A stretch of DNA of 62,626 nt, counting the filler, from Globobulimina sp. (Eukaryota), in the NCBI GenBank assembly GCA_003354225.1. It is 35 parts of 35 records of this genome, joined end to end, with 100 filler letters (N's around TTAATTAATTAA, not from the genome) between each part and the next. Parts side by side here need not be neighbours in the genome. Positions count along the whole stretch, not along the records: positions 23,308 to 24,999 come from PIVH01013044.1; positions 25,100 to 26,791 come from PIVH01013045.1; positions 26,892 to 28,583 come from PIVH01013046.1; positions 28,684 to 30,375 come from PIVH01013047.1; positions 30,476 to 32,167 come from PIVH01013048.1; positions 32,268 to 33,959 come from PIVH01013049.1; positions 34,060 to 35,751 come from PIVH01013050.1; 28 more parts are not named here. One strand, given 5' to 3'. The position numbers and the translations under genes are program-made. Shown here in pieces: positions 23,308 to 34,914 of the stretch (the first letter of the stretch is position 1; every line of letters starts with the position of its first letter). The notes beneath the pieces were generated by a model, which saw only the letters and a program-made list of their open reading frames with translations, searched no databases and was not told where the DNA came from.

Positions 23308-24999
23308 GCAGCAGCTGGCACACCCAAACCATACAATATATAGTCCTTAAGACTGCCGCTAAACAGCACCGGCTCTTGGCTGACAACGCCGATTTGTTTG
23401 CGTATAAAGTCCGGCTGCAAATCGCGTATATTATATCCATCAATATGTATCTCTCCATCTCCATCTGTCAAGTCATAAAACCTCAACAACAGGGAAATAA
23501 TCGTCGACTTTCCACTGCCAGACTCACCCACAATGGCCATTGCCTGCCCTGCAGCCACCGATAAGTTAAAACCTTGCAACACAACGGCTTCCTCACGCGT
23601 AGGGTAACAAAACCGTACATCCTTAAACACGATATCTCCTTTCAAGCCACGCGTGATATCCATACATTGTAAGCCGATTTCATTATTTATCTGTGTTTCC
23701 CTATCCATCAGCTCAAAGACCCGCGTACTCGCTCCAATGCCACGCATTATCCCCGCAAACGAGGAAGTGATACCCATCGCACTCATAGCAATATACACAG
23801 AGTACAACAAACAACTGGTCAACAAACCGGACGTTATAATGCCACCTTGCACTAAATGCGCGCCATAGAGCAACACAGCCAATAAAAAAACATTGCCAAT
23901 GGCCCCGGTAGAGCCGAAAAACACTGAACTGCCTTTGGTCTGTAACATGGCCAAGTCGTACACTGCGTTTATTTTGTCAAAATAAGTGCGTCTTTCCATA
24001 GATTCATTGGCGAAATAGCGCACAGTGCGAATTTGTAATAACTTCTCCTCCGCAAATGCAGTACTGTGCGATAACGCATCTTGTGTTTTCTGTTGTGTGT
24101 CGCGCACAAACCGGCCATAGCCAATACTGCCAAAGATACCCACTGGCAACAAGGCCGTCATTACAATGGTCAAATCCGGTGATAAATACATCATCACACT
24201 GAAGGAGCCGAGAATTTGCGCAAAAGAGCGCAGCAATGAGCTCAACTGTAACCCGCCTAAGGACTCGCCCATGACGGCGGTATCCGCGGATAAGCGGTTG
24301 ATCAGTTCGCCGGTGGACTTTGTATCGAAAAATTCCACTTCTTGACGCGTTATATTGTCGAATAAGGAATGCCGGATTCTACGCACAATGTTGTGGCCAA
24401 CGCGAGTGAAGGCATAGACGCGCATAGCGTTGAAGATGCCGCCGGTGATGAATAAAGAAGAAAATACCATGGATAATTGTGGCAAACTCAGTCCATCTCT
24501 CGCTCCCTTTAGTTTTTTTTATTATTGATTGGTTACGTATATATATAAAAAAAAAATGCTCTTTGTTTTTTATTTTGCGTTTTTCGATCTGATTTTTTGT
24601 CGGAATTGCATGGGTTACGTAACTGTGGCTATGTCGATGATGTATCCGAAAGCTGCGGGAACGACCATAGTGACAGAGGTACTCACCTTATTTTATATTG
24701 TTTTTAGTTTACCGTTTTTGTGTTGGTTGCTTTAATAGGAATGTTTAAGAAATTTCTTTTTAATTAACTGCCATACAGCCAATGCCAGCCATAATCCATC
24801 GGATTTCAGGTTTAGTAAAGTCCCACAAACGTTTGAACTCAGTGCCGCCGATGCGGCCTGATCGAATGGTGTCCATTGTGTCACGGAATGACAGTTTAAG
24901 CGTCGGTTTGTCGTCATCTGTGTTGCTAGTGTTGGTAGGATTGGATTTTGTTTGTTTACTGTTGCTCGAAGGTGCTGTGCTGGTACAAAATGGATGGAA
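23308..24999 (-). CDS. ABCB10/MDL1-like mitochondrial ABC half-transporter, partial, with two introns (about 24688-24768 and 24507-24621)
   Basis: Spliced FKRLWDFTKPEIRW...|VSTSVTMVVPAAFGYIIDIAT|GARDGLSLPQ...; TGELINRLSADT, GESGSGKST, VSQEPVLFSGS. Confidence 0.92.
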
Positions 25000-25100
25000 N
25001 NNNNNNNNNNNNNNNNNNNNNNNNNNNNNNNNNNNNNNNNNNNTTAATTAATTAANNNNNNNNNNNNNNNNNNNNNNNNNNNNNNNNNNNNNNNNNNNNC

Positions 25101-25631
25101 ACAGGGATTGGAATATTCATAAAAGATAGAAATATCATCCATTGCTTTGCACAGCCCATTGGTGCCCAAACCAACCACTTCGGCGAACTCTTTGCCATCC
25201 ATAAATCGCAGTTTCTAATAAATTTCTGTAAAATTAATGATAATAACAGAAGGAAAATAATATTTACTGATTCGCTGTACAACTTTGTCCCATTGATCAC
25301 CACACCACGAAAGATACACAAATTAGCCCATTCGAACCTGTTCATAAATACACAAAAATATATCAAACGATCTGAAAGCATCCTATGGAAAATAAAATCG
25401 CACACCTTACCGAAACAACAACCATTCAATAATGTAGCTGATAAATTAGCAGATATCGGGAGAATGCACCCAAATAACTCCAATTACATAACAACTAATT
25501 ACAACTCAATACAGTACGCCAAATACAAATCCTTTGACTTTACTAATGGTATCTCCTTTGATACCATTAATTCCCTCGCCGGGATGTTTAAGCAATCGGT
25601 GAGTATGGAGCCGGACTTACTTCCCGGCTGA
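25101..25631 (+). mobile_element. RNase H domain at the 3' end of a probable non-LTR retrotransposon ORF, 5' partial
   Basis: TGIGIF...QTNHFGELFAI...IIFTDS...WKIKSH...NNVADKLA gives the RNase HI E, D, H and D catalytic pattern. Confidence 0.8.
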
Positions 25632-26477
25632 ATGTGCCCCCACTACTTATCAAAATGTTGTGGCTGTATTGAAATTCGTGTTGGTGTTATATTGATTGCT
25701 TTATTTGGGATTGGGTGGGCATGTTATGAATTTTCAATATATTTAGACCCTGATTATAGTAATCACTATGCTGTTAGTGTTATTTTTATTGTTGTCGATA
25801 TAATTGCTGCTTTGCTATTTGTTTCAAGTGTCGCTGTGTTGTACGCAGTCTATAAATCTAACAAAATAATTATTTTTTGCTATGTTATAATGTGTGGAAC
25901 GTGGGCTGTTCTTTGGGTATTTGTTGTGATCTCAGGAAGCATATATTCTTTTTGGCAAATAATTTTATATTGTTATTTTACATACATTGTGAGAAAATAT
26001 TATTATATTTTAAAAAATAAAGGCGTAGATCAGGCGCTACCACCATTCAAGCAACCAAGGCAACCAAACAACCATAATGTAGCTGCATATAATCAACCAA
26101 TGCCACAATTTATTGCAATGCAGCAACCTGCTCAACCACAACCAGTGCATCAACCAATACCGCAACCAATACATCAATATCTCAACAGTAACAATGATAT
26201 ATGGAATTGTTCGCGATGTGAATTTAAACAATCAAAATCGAGTATTTTATGTCAAATGTGCGATTTACCAAATCCATATTATCGACAGCAATATAATAAT
26301 ATGTATCAAATGTTAATGCCACCAGTTCATCAACGTAATCAAATTCATGGTAATGATATGTGGAATTGTTCGCGTTGTACGTATCAACAAAAAAAATCAA
26401 ATGTTGCATGTGAAATGTGTGGATTTATAGATCAGAATCAAAAATATGTAGAGAACCACCAAACAGCGCTGATATAA
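25632..26477 (+). CDS. Three-to-four-TM membrane protein with a Pro/Gln linker and two RanBP2-type zinc fingers
   Basis: KCCGCIEIRVGVILIA-type N-terminus, hydrophobic helices, WNCSRCEF...CQMC and WNCSRCTY...CEMC. Confidence 0.8.
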   Translation: MCPHYLSKCCGCIEIRVGVILIALFGIGWACYEFSIYLDPDYSNHYAVSVIFIVVDIIAALLFVSSVAVLYAVYKSNKIIIFCYVIMCGTWAVLWVFVVISGSIYSFWQIILYCYFTYIVRKYYYILKNKGVDQALPPFKQPRQPNNHNVAAYNQPMPQFIAMQQPAQPQPVHQPIPQPIHQYLNSNNDIWNCSRCEFKQSKSSILCQMCDLPNPYYRQQYNNMYQMLMPPVHQRNQIHGNDMWNCSRCTYQQKKSNVACEMCGFIDQNQKYVENHQTALI

Positions 26478-26893
26478 TGCATGATATACGGGTGAATATG
26501 TACAAATATGTAACATCCTTGAACGTTATGTGTAGAATATTAATTGTTTTTGAATTTTGTTTTGTGTGCAGTAGGACTGTAGGACTGTAGGAGTAGCATA
26601 TTAATAACATATGTACAAACAGCTGAAAACGCGAGTGTATATTAAAATTTTGTTAAAAATTTTGTTAAAAACTGAAATGACGGTCATTTTGTTACGTATC
26701 AAAACAATATTCGGTATACTAAGTTTTGCTGAACAGTATCTTATATATTGTTTTTGAATATTGTAAAACTTGCACTTTTTTCAGAGTCCATNNNNNNNNN
26801 NNNNNNNNNNNNNNNNNNNNNNNNNNNNNNNNNNNTTAATTAATTAANNNNNNNNNNNNNNNNNNNNNNNNNNNNNNNNNNNNNNNNNNNNCA

Positions 26894-27364
26894 AAATACT
26901 TACCCGAAGGAAACTACCGCGACTTGCCTGTTCTATATAAAAGAGATGATGAAAGAGCAGATATTTCTGAGCGTGACCTACTATATAAAGTACTGTTTGA
27001 TATGAAAAAAGATATCACTGACCTGAAGCAGGTTGTTAGCAAAATCCTGAGTACTGAAGGTGATTTTAAGGATGTACAGAATGATAATGCACAGCTTTTA
27101 CAGAAACTGAATGACAACATTGAAAGGGCCGGCCAGATTGATAATATTCAAATCCATAGTCTTGATGAGGAAGATGAGCATACGATTGACCCCATTCAAG
27201 AGTCGGAAGTTATTGTAGAATCTTTATCATTGCAGGATAAAGAAATTGACCTGATAAAAAAAGCACTAACAAGGCACAATGGGAAACGCAAAAATGCAGC
27301 AAAAGAATTGGGAATATCGGAACGGACACTCTACCGTAAAATCAAGGAATATGATCTTATTTAG
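26894..27364 (+). CDS. Bacterial sigma-54-dependent Fis-family transcriptional regulator C-terminus (Bacteroidota-like), 5' partial
   Basis: SERDLLYKVLFDMKKDITDLK and HTH_8 LIKKALTRHNGKRKNAAKELGISERTLYRKIKEYDL. Confidence 0.92.
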   Translation, partial: KYLPEGNYRDLPVLYKRDDERADISERDLLYKVLFDMKKDITDLKQVVSKILSTEGDFKDVQNDNAQLLQKLNDNIERAGQIDNIQIHSLDEEDEHTIDPIQESEVIVESLSLQDKEIDLIKKALTRHNGKRKNAAKELGISERTLYRKIKEYDLI

Positions 27365-27374
27365 CAAATATAAA

Positions 27375-27612
27375 ATGAGGACAAGTATTAAAACATATTT
27401 CCGCACATTCTTTTTATTGCTAATGATTACTTTATTTATTAACGCATGTAAAGTAAATTATTCATTTACCGGAGCCTCTATTCCCCCGGAGGTAAAAAGC
27501 ATCAACATTAAATATTTCCCTAACAATGCCTCATTGATTGAGCCCACTTTAAGCCAGAAGCTTACCGATGCTTTACGCGACAAATTTACTAACGAAACAA
27601 GCCTTAACATTG
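27375..27612 (+). CDS. lptE: Bacteroidota LptE-family lipoprotein N-terminal half, truncated by a junction
   Basis: Signal peptide with lipobox INAC, then YSFTGASIP..VKSI.I.YF.NNA....PTLSQ..T..L.DKF. Starts 10 nt after the regulator stop. Confidence 0.75.
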
Positions 27613-28583
27613 ACGAAAACAACGATGGATTACTTTTATTTTACTCTGGTCATATTGCTATATCTCCATCTGATAATTTTATCATTTGCAGTGATAACAA
27701 TGCCATTTCATTCAATGATATTCAGCATATATTTTCATCTCAAAAATGTATGAATTTACGCAATAAACCAAAAATACTTTATTTCAACGGCTATGCTCCA
27801 GATACAAATCAAAGAGAAGCCCAAAAATTAATATCCATAAATAACAAATGCAATGACACTGATTTTTTCATTCATTATCAGATAAATAACAGTAATTGTT
27901 TAGCGAATGCAATTTATGATTGTTACACTATGCATTATGATAAATTATCACAAAATGCAATGACATTGAATGAAGTCTCAATGAATATAAACAAACACAT
28001 CAGAAATAAAACAAACATTGCAATTATAAACAGATTACATTATACTATTTATATCCAACCCTTTATGAACAACACAGAAAAGTGTATACAAATACAATCC
28101 AGAGCAACGTTGTTGAGTTTATTAGAGGATAAAAATAAAGAAATGGTGCGAGATAAAGCAATAATGAATGACTTAATATTGCAGAAGAAAAAAGGCAATG
28201 CATACAAAGAACAGATATTGCGGTTAACTCAAGATGTAATTAATAAAAATGAAGAAATAATATTGCAAAAGGATAAAATAAGTGAATATGAACAAGAGTT
28301 GTTACGTTTGAAAAGAAAATTGAATGTATTCTCAGATGGATGGAAATCGAAAGAAATCGATGAATGGAATGTGGATGACTTGGAAGGTTGGATTGTAAGC
28401 TTAGGTTTGGAGCTTCAATACGAAGCGAGATTAATTTCAGAGATACGAGCAGCAGAGGTATGCGGCGAAGATATTAATTCATGCGAGTCTGGCATGGATA
28501 TTGCCGATTCATTTGATGATAGTCATATTAATATCGGTCGCCAAATATATCAAGATTTAGAAAAAAGACGTAGAAAATCAAAA
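27613..28583 (+). CDS. Eukaryotic caspase-like (C14) domain lacking the catalytic Cys, then coiled coil and SAM-like domain; partial
   Basis: DGLLLFYSGH...IICSD...LRNKPKILYFNGY (DACRG position lost); IDEWNVDDLEGWIVSLGL is SAM-like. Confidence 0.7.
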
Positions 28584-29172
28584 NNNNNNNNNNNNNNNNN
28601 NNNNNNNNNNNNNNNNNNNNNNNNNNNTTAATTAATTAANNNNNNNNNNNNNNNNNNNNNNNNNNNNNNNNNNNNNNNNNNNNGTTTGAGTATGTGCCGA
28701 AATGTATGTATACAATTTTCAGAGGAAATGTGCGTTGATTAGTGTACTGTTACACTTTCGTAGTGACAAAGTTACGTAAATATGCTGAGAATGATGAGAG
28801 GAGAAAGGAGAATCTGCAGAGTATTTGCATATGGTATACAATTTGCATAATAGTGAATATTTATATATAGATAACGCAGAGATAACTCACAATTTGCTTA
28901 ACGGAGAATATACAGAGAGTTTTGAAGTGGAAAACAGTGCAAAGAGAAGACGAAGGCAGAGAAACGCCGTTACTTAGGAAAAAAATTCCAAGAATGAGAA
29001 AGGCTGTGTCATTCTATGCTGTACAGAGACCCAGCTGCAGTACCGTGCATTTCATGAAAGTCAACCGATCACACCTCAAAGAAAGTGTTTTTCAAAAAAG
29101 AGTCAGGTAAGTTTCAAAGGAGAAGTGATTAATTTTAATTATGTTAACACGACAATTAAAATACCACAATGT

Positions 29173-30375
29173 TTATAAATATAGACCTTCGACTTTGGCG
29201 ACTAATTCTTTATTGGAGGCGGTATCGGTTCGCTTATTGCCATTCATCTTTCTTTGCATTATATCCATAACAATCTCTTCATGGGAGCGGGTCTCCTCTT
29301 TTGCCACCGATTTGGCTAAAAATAACGCGGCTTCTTTATCCTGGGTACGGTCGACAGTGAGGGCAGATATTGCGTGCGACTGTAATGTAATGAGTTTCTT
29401 TTGAGGGGAATCGAAGGCCGAAAATGCATAACGATTTCCGGACTGATTCAGACTGTGGGAGATTCGATCAATCTTCGTATTAAATTCGTGATGCATTTTA
29501 TGCATCTTCTCAGCAAAAATCGCTTCCTGAGCAGCTAAGCGATCATCAGTATTTGAAACGGTTTTACGTTCATCGTCAGAGTTGAGATTGTGATTGGTGG
29601 TGAAATCAATTTGTTGAGACGGAGGCGGAGACGGAGTGGAGGTGGAAAGGATCGATTTGTAGAACTCTTTTCGGCGCTTTCTGCCATGCGAATTACTTTC
29701 AAAATCGCCGGCAAATTGTACCATACGGTTCGCTGATCGCGTTTTCTTGAAATAACGGACTTGTTTATACACGACGCGATGTTCGAAATGAGGGCAATAC
29801 CAACGTTTAATTTGATTATTATTGCTATCTAAGTAGCGGTCAGAGCGTAATTGTTTGACTCTGGACAATGTTTTCGGCACCATCCAATTCCACCAAAATT
29901 TGATCTTCTCATTTTGTGTATACTTCCTATAAAAGAAAATGATGAAAATAAGGTCAATAATCGATCGGCTATCGGTTGTCGAAGAAATATCGGTAAATAA
30001 ATCGTGATAATTCATGGCATATAACATATTCATGGAAATTCCGGTCATAATCACATTGTCGATGAATGCGACAAACCCAACACGACGCTCTTCGTTGTAA
30101 ATTTGCAATGTCTCCGATAACGATTTGCCAGTTTCCATGGATGCTTCCATGGCATTCAATAAATTGGAGAAAAAATTCCGTGCGGATTCGTATAAGTTTA
30201 ATAAATTGGAGGTCGCCGTCGGTTCATTCAATGTTTTAAATCGGTATGACAACACATTGTTTAATTTTAATGCATCACGACGGATATCGCGATCTGCTAA
30301 GAATAATTTGAATTTCTTGTTTGATAAATACGAATAGATCCTATTTTTTGATAAATACTGATTTAATTGCAATAT
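29173..30375 (-). CDS. Hypothetical protein, 5' partial
   Basis: Open frame of about 400 codons, no recognisable domain. Confidence 0.65.
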   Translation of the reverse strand: MLQLNQYLSKNRIYSYLSNKKFKLFLADRDIRRDALKLNNVLSYRFKTLNEPTATSNLLNLYESARNFFSNLLNAMEASMETGKSLSETLQIYNEERRVGFVAFIDNVIMTGISMNMLYAMNYHDLFTDISSTTDSRSIIDLIFIIFFYRKYTQNEKIKFWWNWMVPKTLSRVKQLRSDRYLDSNNNQIKRWYCPHFEHRVVYKQVRYFKKTRSANRMVQFAGDFESNSHGRKRRKEFYKSILSTSTPSPPPSQQIDFTTNHNLNSDDERKTVSNTDDRLAAQEAIFAEKMHKMHHEFNTKIDRISHSLNQSGNRYAFSAFDSPQKKLITLQSHAISALTVDRTQDKEAALFLAKSVAKEETRSHEEIVMDIMQRKMNGNKRTDTASNKELVAKVEGLYL

Positions 30376-30475
30376 NNNNNNNNNNNNNNNNNNNNNNNNN
30401 NNNNNNNNNNNNNNNNNNNTTAATTAATTAANNNNNNNNNNNNNNNNNNNNNNNNNNNNNNNNNNNNNNNNNNNN

Positions 30476-30972
30476 TGATTATTGTTGTTATTATTATTAT
30501 TATTAATATTATTGGTATTTGTATTACTTTCGTGCGAATGGGTTCTTTTAATTTTTGTGCTGCGTGGCTTTTGCTTTGGTGTTAGTGACATTGTGGAGAG
30601 TGAATGTTTCTGAATGACTCTTGTGGATGGTCTCAAATGTGGCAATGATGGTTGATATTGGTTTGGATATAATTTGGGTGGTATTTGTGGCCTGGTTTTT
30701 TTTTTCATTATATTTGAATGTGATTGAGGAGCGGATGAAGGGGATGATTGTGATGATGAGGATTGTGATGATTGGGATGACTGTGAACTATGTGATGTTG
30801 GCGGTGATATTTGTATCGTTGTTTGACTTTGGCGGGTTTTTGATTGTTTTGCCCTATTTTGGTGATATCGCGGCAATAAATTATTGGGTGGTTTTTTTTC
30901 TATCAAATGTATTTTCGATTGTTTAGATGAAGTGTATTGAATAGATGACAAACGAGAAGTAGTGTTGGACAT
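30476..30972 (-). CDS. Low-complexity Ser/Gln/Pro/Asn-rich protein N-terminus, 3' partial
   Basis: ATG at 30972, SSQ repeats and a poly-Asn run to the contig end. Confidence 0.6.
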
Positions 30973-31117
30973 GATGCCGTGGCTTAAATCCGCTTAATTG
31001 GTTGAATTGGTTTTTTTAATTTTTAAAAGTTTTTTTCAACCAAACAAAAGTTTAATATCATGACAGTTAGTGAGAAACGGATTGAACTTATTAAATAAAT
31101 AATGTGCAAGAGCGGTT

Positions 31118-31890
31118 TTATTTGATTGCAAGTTTTATATGTATCTGCATTGTGCTCCATATTGTATTTGTTACAATTTGCTTGGATACGGGGCAGTATT
31201 TGGATATTTTTGGTAGTAATTTATGCGGATTATTCATTATTTCCGGCGGAACATTATCCAATATAAATCCGTTGAAATTATTGGTGGGAATTAAGGCTGT
31301 TTCTGTAATCCAAAATCCATCACTTTGATTTATATTAAAATTTGGGATTGGTTGCTTTGGAATGACTTTGTACGGCGTAGATTTAGAAATATCAATTTGT
31401 ATTATTTGTGATAAAATCTTTTTACCGCCATACAGACAAAATACATTATCACCATTGCTGTACTGTATATTTATTATTAAGTTGATGCTAAAAAATAATA
31501 GAAAAAAAACAAAAGGGATCGTGAACATACTATTCCAGTTCGGACAAATTGAGAATAATCAATTCTTTTTAGATTATTGTTTTTCATTATTGATAATAAC
31601 GATGGTGATGTTGTCACAGCTGATGATTTTGCTGGTTCATCCACTGCAATGTTAACATTGTTCGATGGTGGATTATAAGACTTCGACTTGAGAGTTAGTG
31701 CTGATTCTATTTGTTGATCCAATGCGGCCTTTTTCCGATAAAGCTGAAATTAAACAATTGATCGACAGCAATATGTGACAATTGATAAAACTAAAGAGAG
31801 CATGTAAATTGTAAACTAAACTATGATCAAAAATACTGTTTGTACCGCGCAAATCACTGCCAAAAGGCCTACTAATATACCAAGTATCAT
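31118..31890 (-). CDS. Three-exon 203-aa protein with an N-terminal signal/anchor and a possible Tudor-like barrel
   Basis: Exons 31890-31837, 31743-31531 and 31462-31118, with two phase-0 GT-AG introns, give MILGILVGLLAVICAVQT|LYRKKAAL...FVRTGI|YSNGDNVFCLYGGKKILSQIIQID. Confidence 0.7.
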
Positions 31891-32478
31891 TTTAAGATTA
31901 TAAAAATCACAAAAATGGTCAAGATCTATAAAAATCACAAAAATAGAATTTCATTCGATAAAAACATTATTCATAAATCATAATCGACACTATCAGAAAT
32001 GGTTGCGGTTTGCTATAGCTTTGTATTCAATTGACTTTTTAGGCTTAAACTTCTAAACACTTCTTTTGTGATTGGCAAGGTTTTTTCGTTAGCTAGAGTG
32101 GTTTTCAACTTTGAATACTTGGATTCAATACCTAGGTCAACTTCGAATACTAGGTTGAAAAACACTCNNNNNNNNNNNNNNNNNNNNNNNNNNNNNNNNN
32201 NNNNNNNNNNNTTAATTAATTAANNNNNNNNNNNNNNNNNNNNNNNNNNNNNNNNNNNNNNNNNNNNAAAGGGCGGCACGATCACGCACAAGGCGACGAA
32301 GTTGTAGTAATTCCGAAAAGTTTGAGATGGATTTTCCTGTCTTTGGGAATGGAAGAGAAGAAATATTTCGACATGAGAATAAGCTGAAAAAGACATTACT
32401 GCACAATCAATTGATGATCCGGCAATCATAGCGGAATCAGAAAGTCGGTTTTTAGGCCCAACATCTGGAAGTAGGTAA

Positions 32479-33761
32479 ATGGCTAACTCTGTTGAAAATG
32501 TGAAGAACAGATTTATGATATTTGAATTTGAAAATGTGAATACTTTCCTCTCTGTGCAGTTGCTGCATGAATGGTTTGTGACCACTGTTAATCGCTACGT
32601 TTGGAAAAGAAATATGTTCGCTTTTTCATACCTTTGTTTTGTGGAAGGAAGTTATCATTTTCTGCATGCAAATCAACCATCCTATCGTTCATATAACGCA
32701 GTGGCGTATTATGTGAATTTAACTTTAAATCCAGAAAGCGTGTTACACCCAAATATTAATAACATTGACGTTAAATTAGAAACATTACAAAATGACGAAA
32801 TATCTCTCAATATTCATAATAAAAATACAGTTAAATAAAAATATTTTGTCTCAATGGTACAGTCACATTACTCACATATGTTTTTGTATATTTATAGAGA
32901 TTTATTGATTATGGGATGCCAAAGGTTTATTGCTTTTTAACGCAGCCTAAACATAATAGTAATGCGAATATTATACCAATAGCAGCAGTTGAAAAGCAGC
33001 AATTGCAACCAGAGCAACAACAACAACAACAATTGCATGACACAGACGATAATGTATGTGTTTATGATGATGATAATGAGTCATATTGTACTCCGACACC
33101 ACCGCCTACAAACACTAACACACAACAACAAATAATAGAAATTAAACAAAACCAATATAACGGCGATGAATACAATTACAGTGACACTGACGACACAGAA
33201 TACGAACCTGAAATAAACAGAAATGATAATAACATTAATAATAAATCATATCAACGCAATGATACAGACGCATATAAAATAAACCGAAATGAATATGAAC
33301 ATAAAATGAATAGCAATAATGAACCGGTACCAAATGGATATAACAAGGATGTCGATATGAACCAGCAACCAGTCTATGACATGAACGGTGAGGCAATGTG
33401 CTATAAATGTGTACATGTTGAAAAAAACTGTAATTTGTGTAAACCATTGCGAATAGATGAGAGTGCTGAAATAAATGTGTATGATTATTGGAATGAGCAT
33501 AAAAAGAATATAAATAAAAAAATATTACAACCAAGAAAACATTGTGCATTTCATGTGGATGTCACTGAGTGTGTTTATCAAAGAGAGACAGAACGAGAAA
33601 TAAATGCACTGTGTAGGTATTGTTTACTGCAACATTGGGATGATGAGCATAAACAAAAATGTTTGTTTGTGCCAGATTGGATGAAACGTGGCAATGATAC
33701 GCCACCTCAATGTTTGAGAAACGAGACATTCTTTATCGGAAATATTCGAATTAAAAGATGA
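32479..33761 (+). CDS. Hypothetical Asn/Gln-rich protein with Cys/His clusters; exon structure uncertain
   Basis: ORFs 32479-32838 and 32916-33761 are separated by an intron-like pyrimidine-rich segment ending TTTATAG. CYKC...CNLC, HC..H...C, CRYC...H motifs. Confidence 0.5.
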
Positions 33762-34489
33762 TAATTTCAACTGTTGTGTTTAATGTCCGGTCATTTCTAT
33801 TTTTGAAACGTCAAACGGTGGTTTTTATTTTCTGCAACTGAAATAATGCAAATTTATCCCTTTTTCCTAAAACCTGCTGACTGGCTCACTTCGTGAAAAT
33901 CTTAAAATCGATGATAACATAACACTGGCAAGAAAGCTAAATTAAGAGTGTGAGCAGCCNNNNNNNNNNNNNNNNNNNNNNNNNNNNNNNNNNNNNNNNN
34001 NNNTTAATTAATTAANNNNNNNNNNNNNNNNNNNNNNNNNNNNNNNNNNNNNNNNNNNNGGTATGTGGACATATTGTTTTGCAATGGCTTAATATACTCA
34101 AAAAAGCATTTGAAATAGGACGTCAAACTTAGCATATATACCAAATTTGGTATCGATTGGACACTTGTGTGGGATCAAAATTTTTGTAAGTCCCCGTATA
34201 AGGGGACCACGTAAAACCGTTTGGTTTTACATTGAGTCTGTTCCCACCACCTAATAATGCTAGCCAGCCACGCGTATGGTGGTTTTTATGGCGGGATCAG
34301 TTATGAATGAGGTACAGGGTTACGATAGGGACCATGTAGCAAAAGACCAGATGATTCGGCTGTGTACACATCGATTTGAATGTAACGTGAACTCGATCAG
34401 ATTTTACCTTCCGGGGAAGTACCCGTATACGGGAACCTGGCCGAAAATTGGCAATAAAGTGGATTTAAAATGTTACCGAAAGTAGGAAC

Positions 34490-34890
34490 AATTGTTTTTT
34501 AGGTACATTAGGATGCGCTGAATCCGAATCTGCATTCCGTTTTCCGATTTCCGATCCAAAGAACGGTTGCCGAGCTATTAGCCATTGAAGTAGCCATGGT
34601 TGTATTTTATTCCTAATGTATGGCTAACAATAATAGGAGGGGTTTGTACTGCAATTTTGGACACGAAAACGAAGGAATTTTATGTCTGAACTGATGTTTT
34701 TCTGACGTACTTTTATGCGCTGATTCCGAATCTGCAGTCAGTTATCCGATCCGGCAAAGAATAAAAGAGTTATTAGCAGTTGTAGTTACCCAGGTGGCAT
34801 TTTGTTGCTGGTCTATTGATAACAGTAATAGTACATTTTATCCTATGACTTACTATGGCTCTGCCTGTAGCAATAGACGTGATATATTGT
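34490..34890. repeat. Degenerate ~200-bp tandem repeat (two units) in a non-coding contig
   Basis: ATGCGCTGA(A/T)TCCGAATCTGCA at 34513 and 34715, each followed by CCGATCC..AAAGAA...GAG.TATTAGC. Confidence 0.7.
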
Positions 34891-34914
34891 TTCTATGGAT
34901 GGCATAACATGTTG

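Noticed and set aside
27279-28631. 450-aa ORF as a single genuine protein
   Set aside because: It begins out of frame inside the Fis regulator and merges bacterial LptE with a eukaryotic caspase-like gene; treated as a junction.
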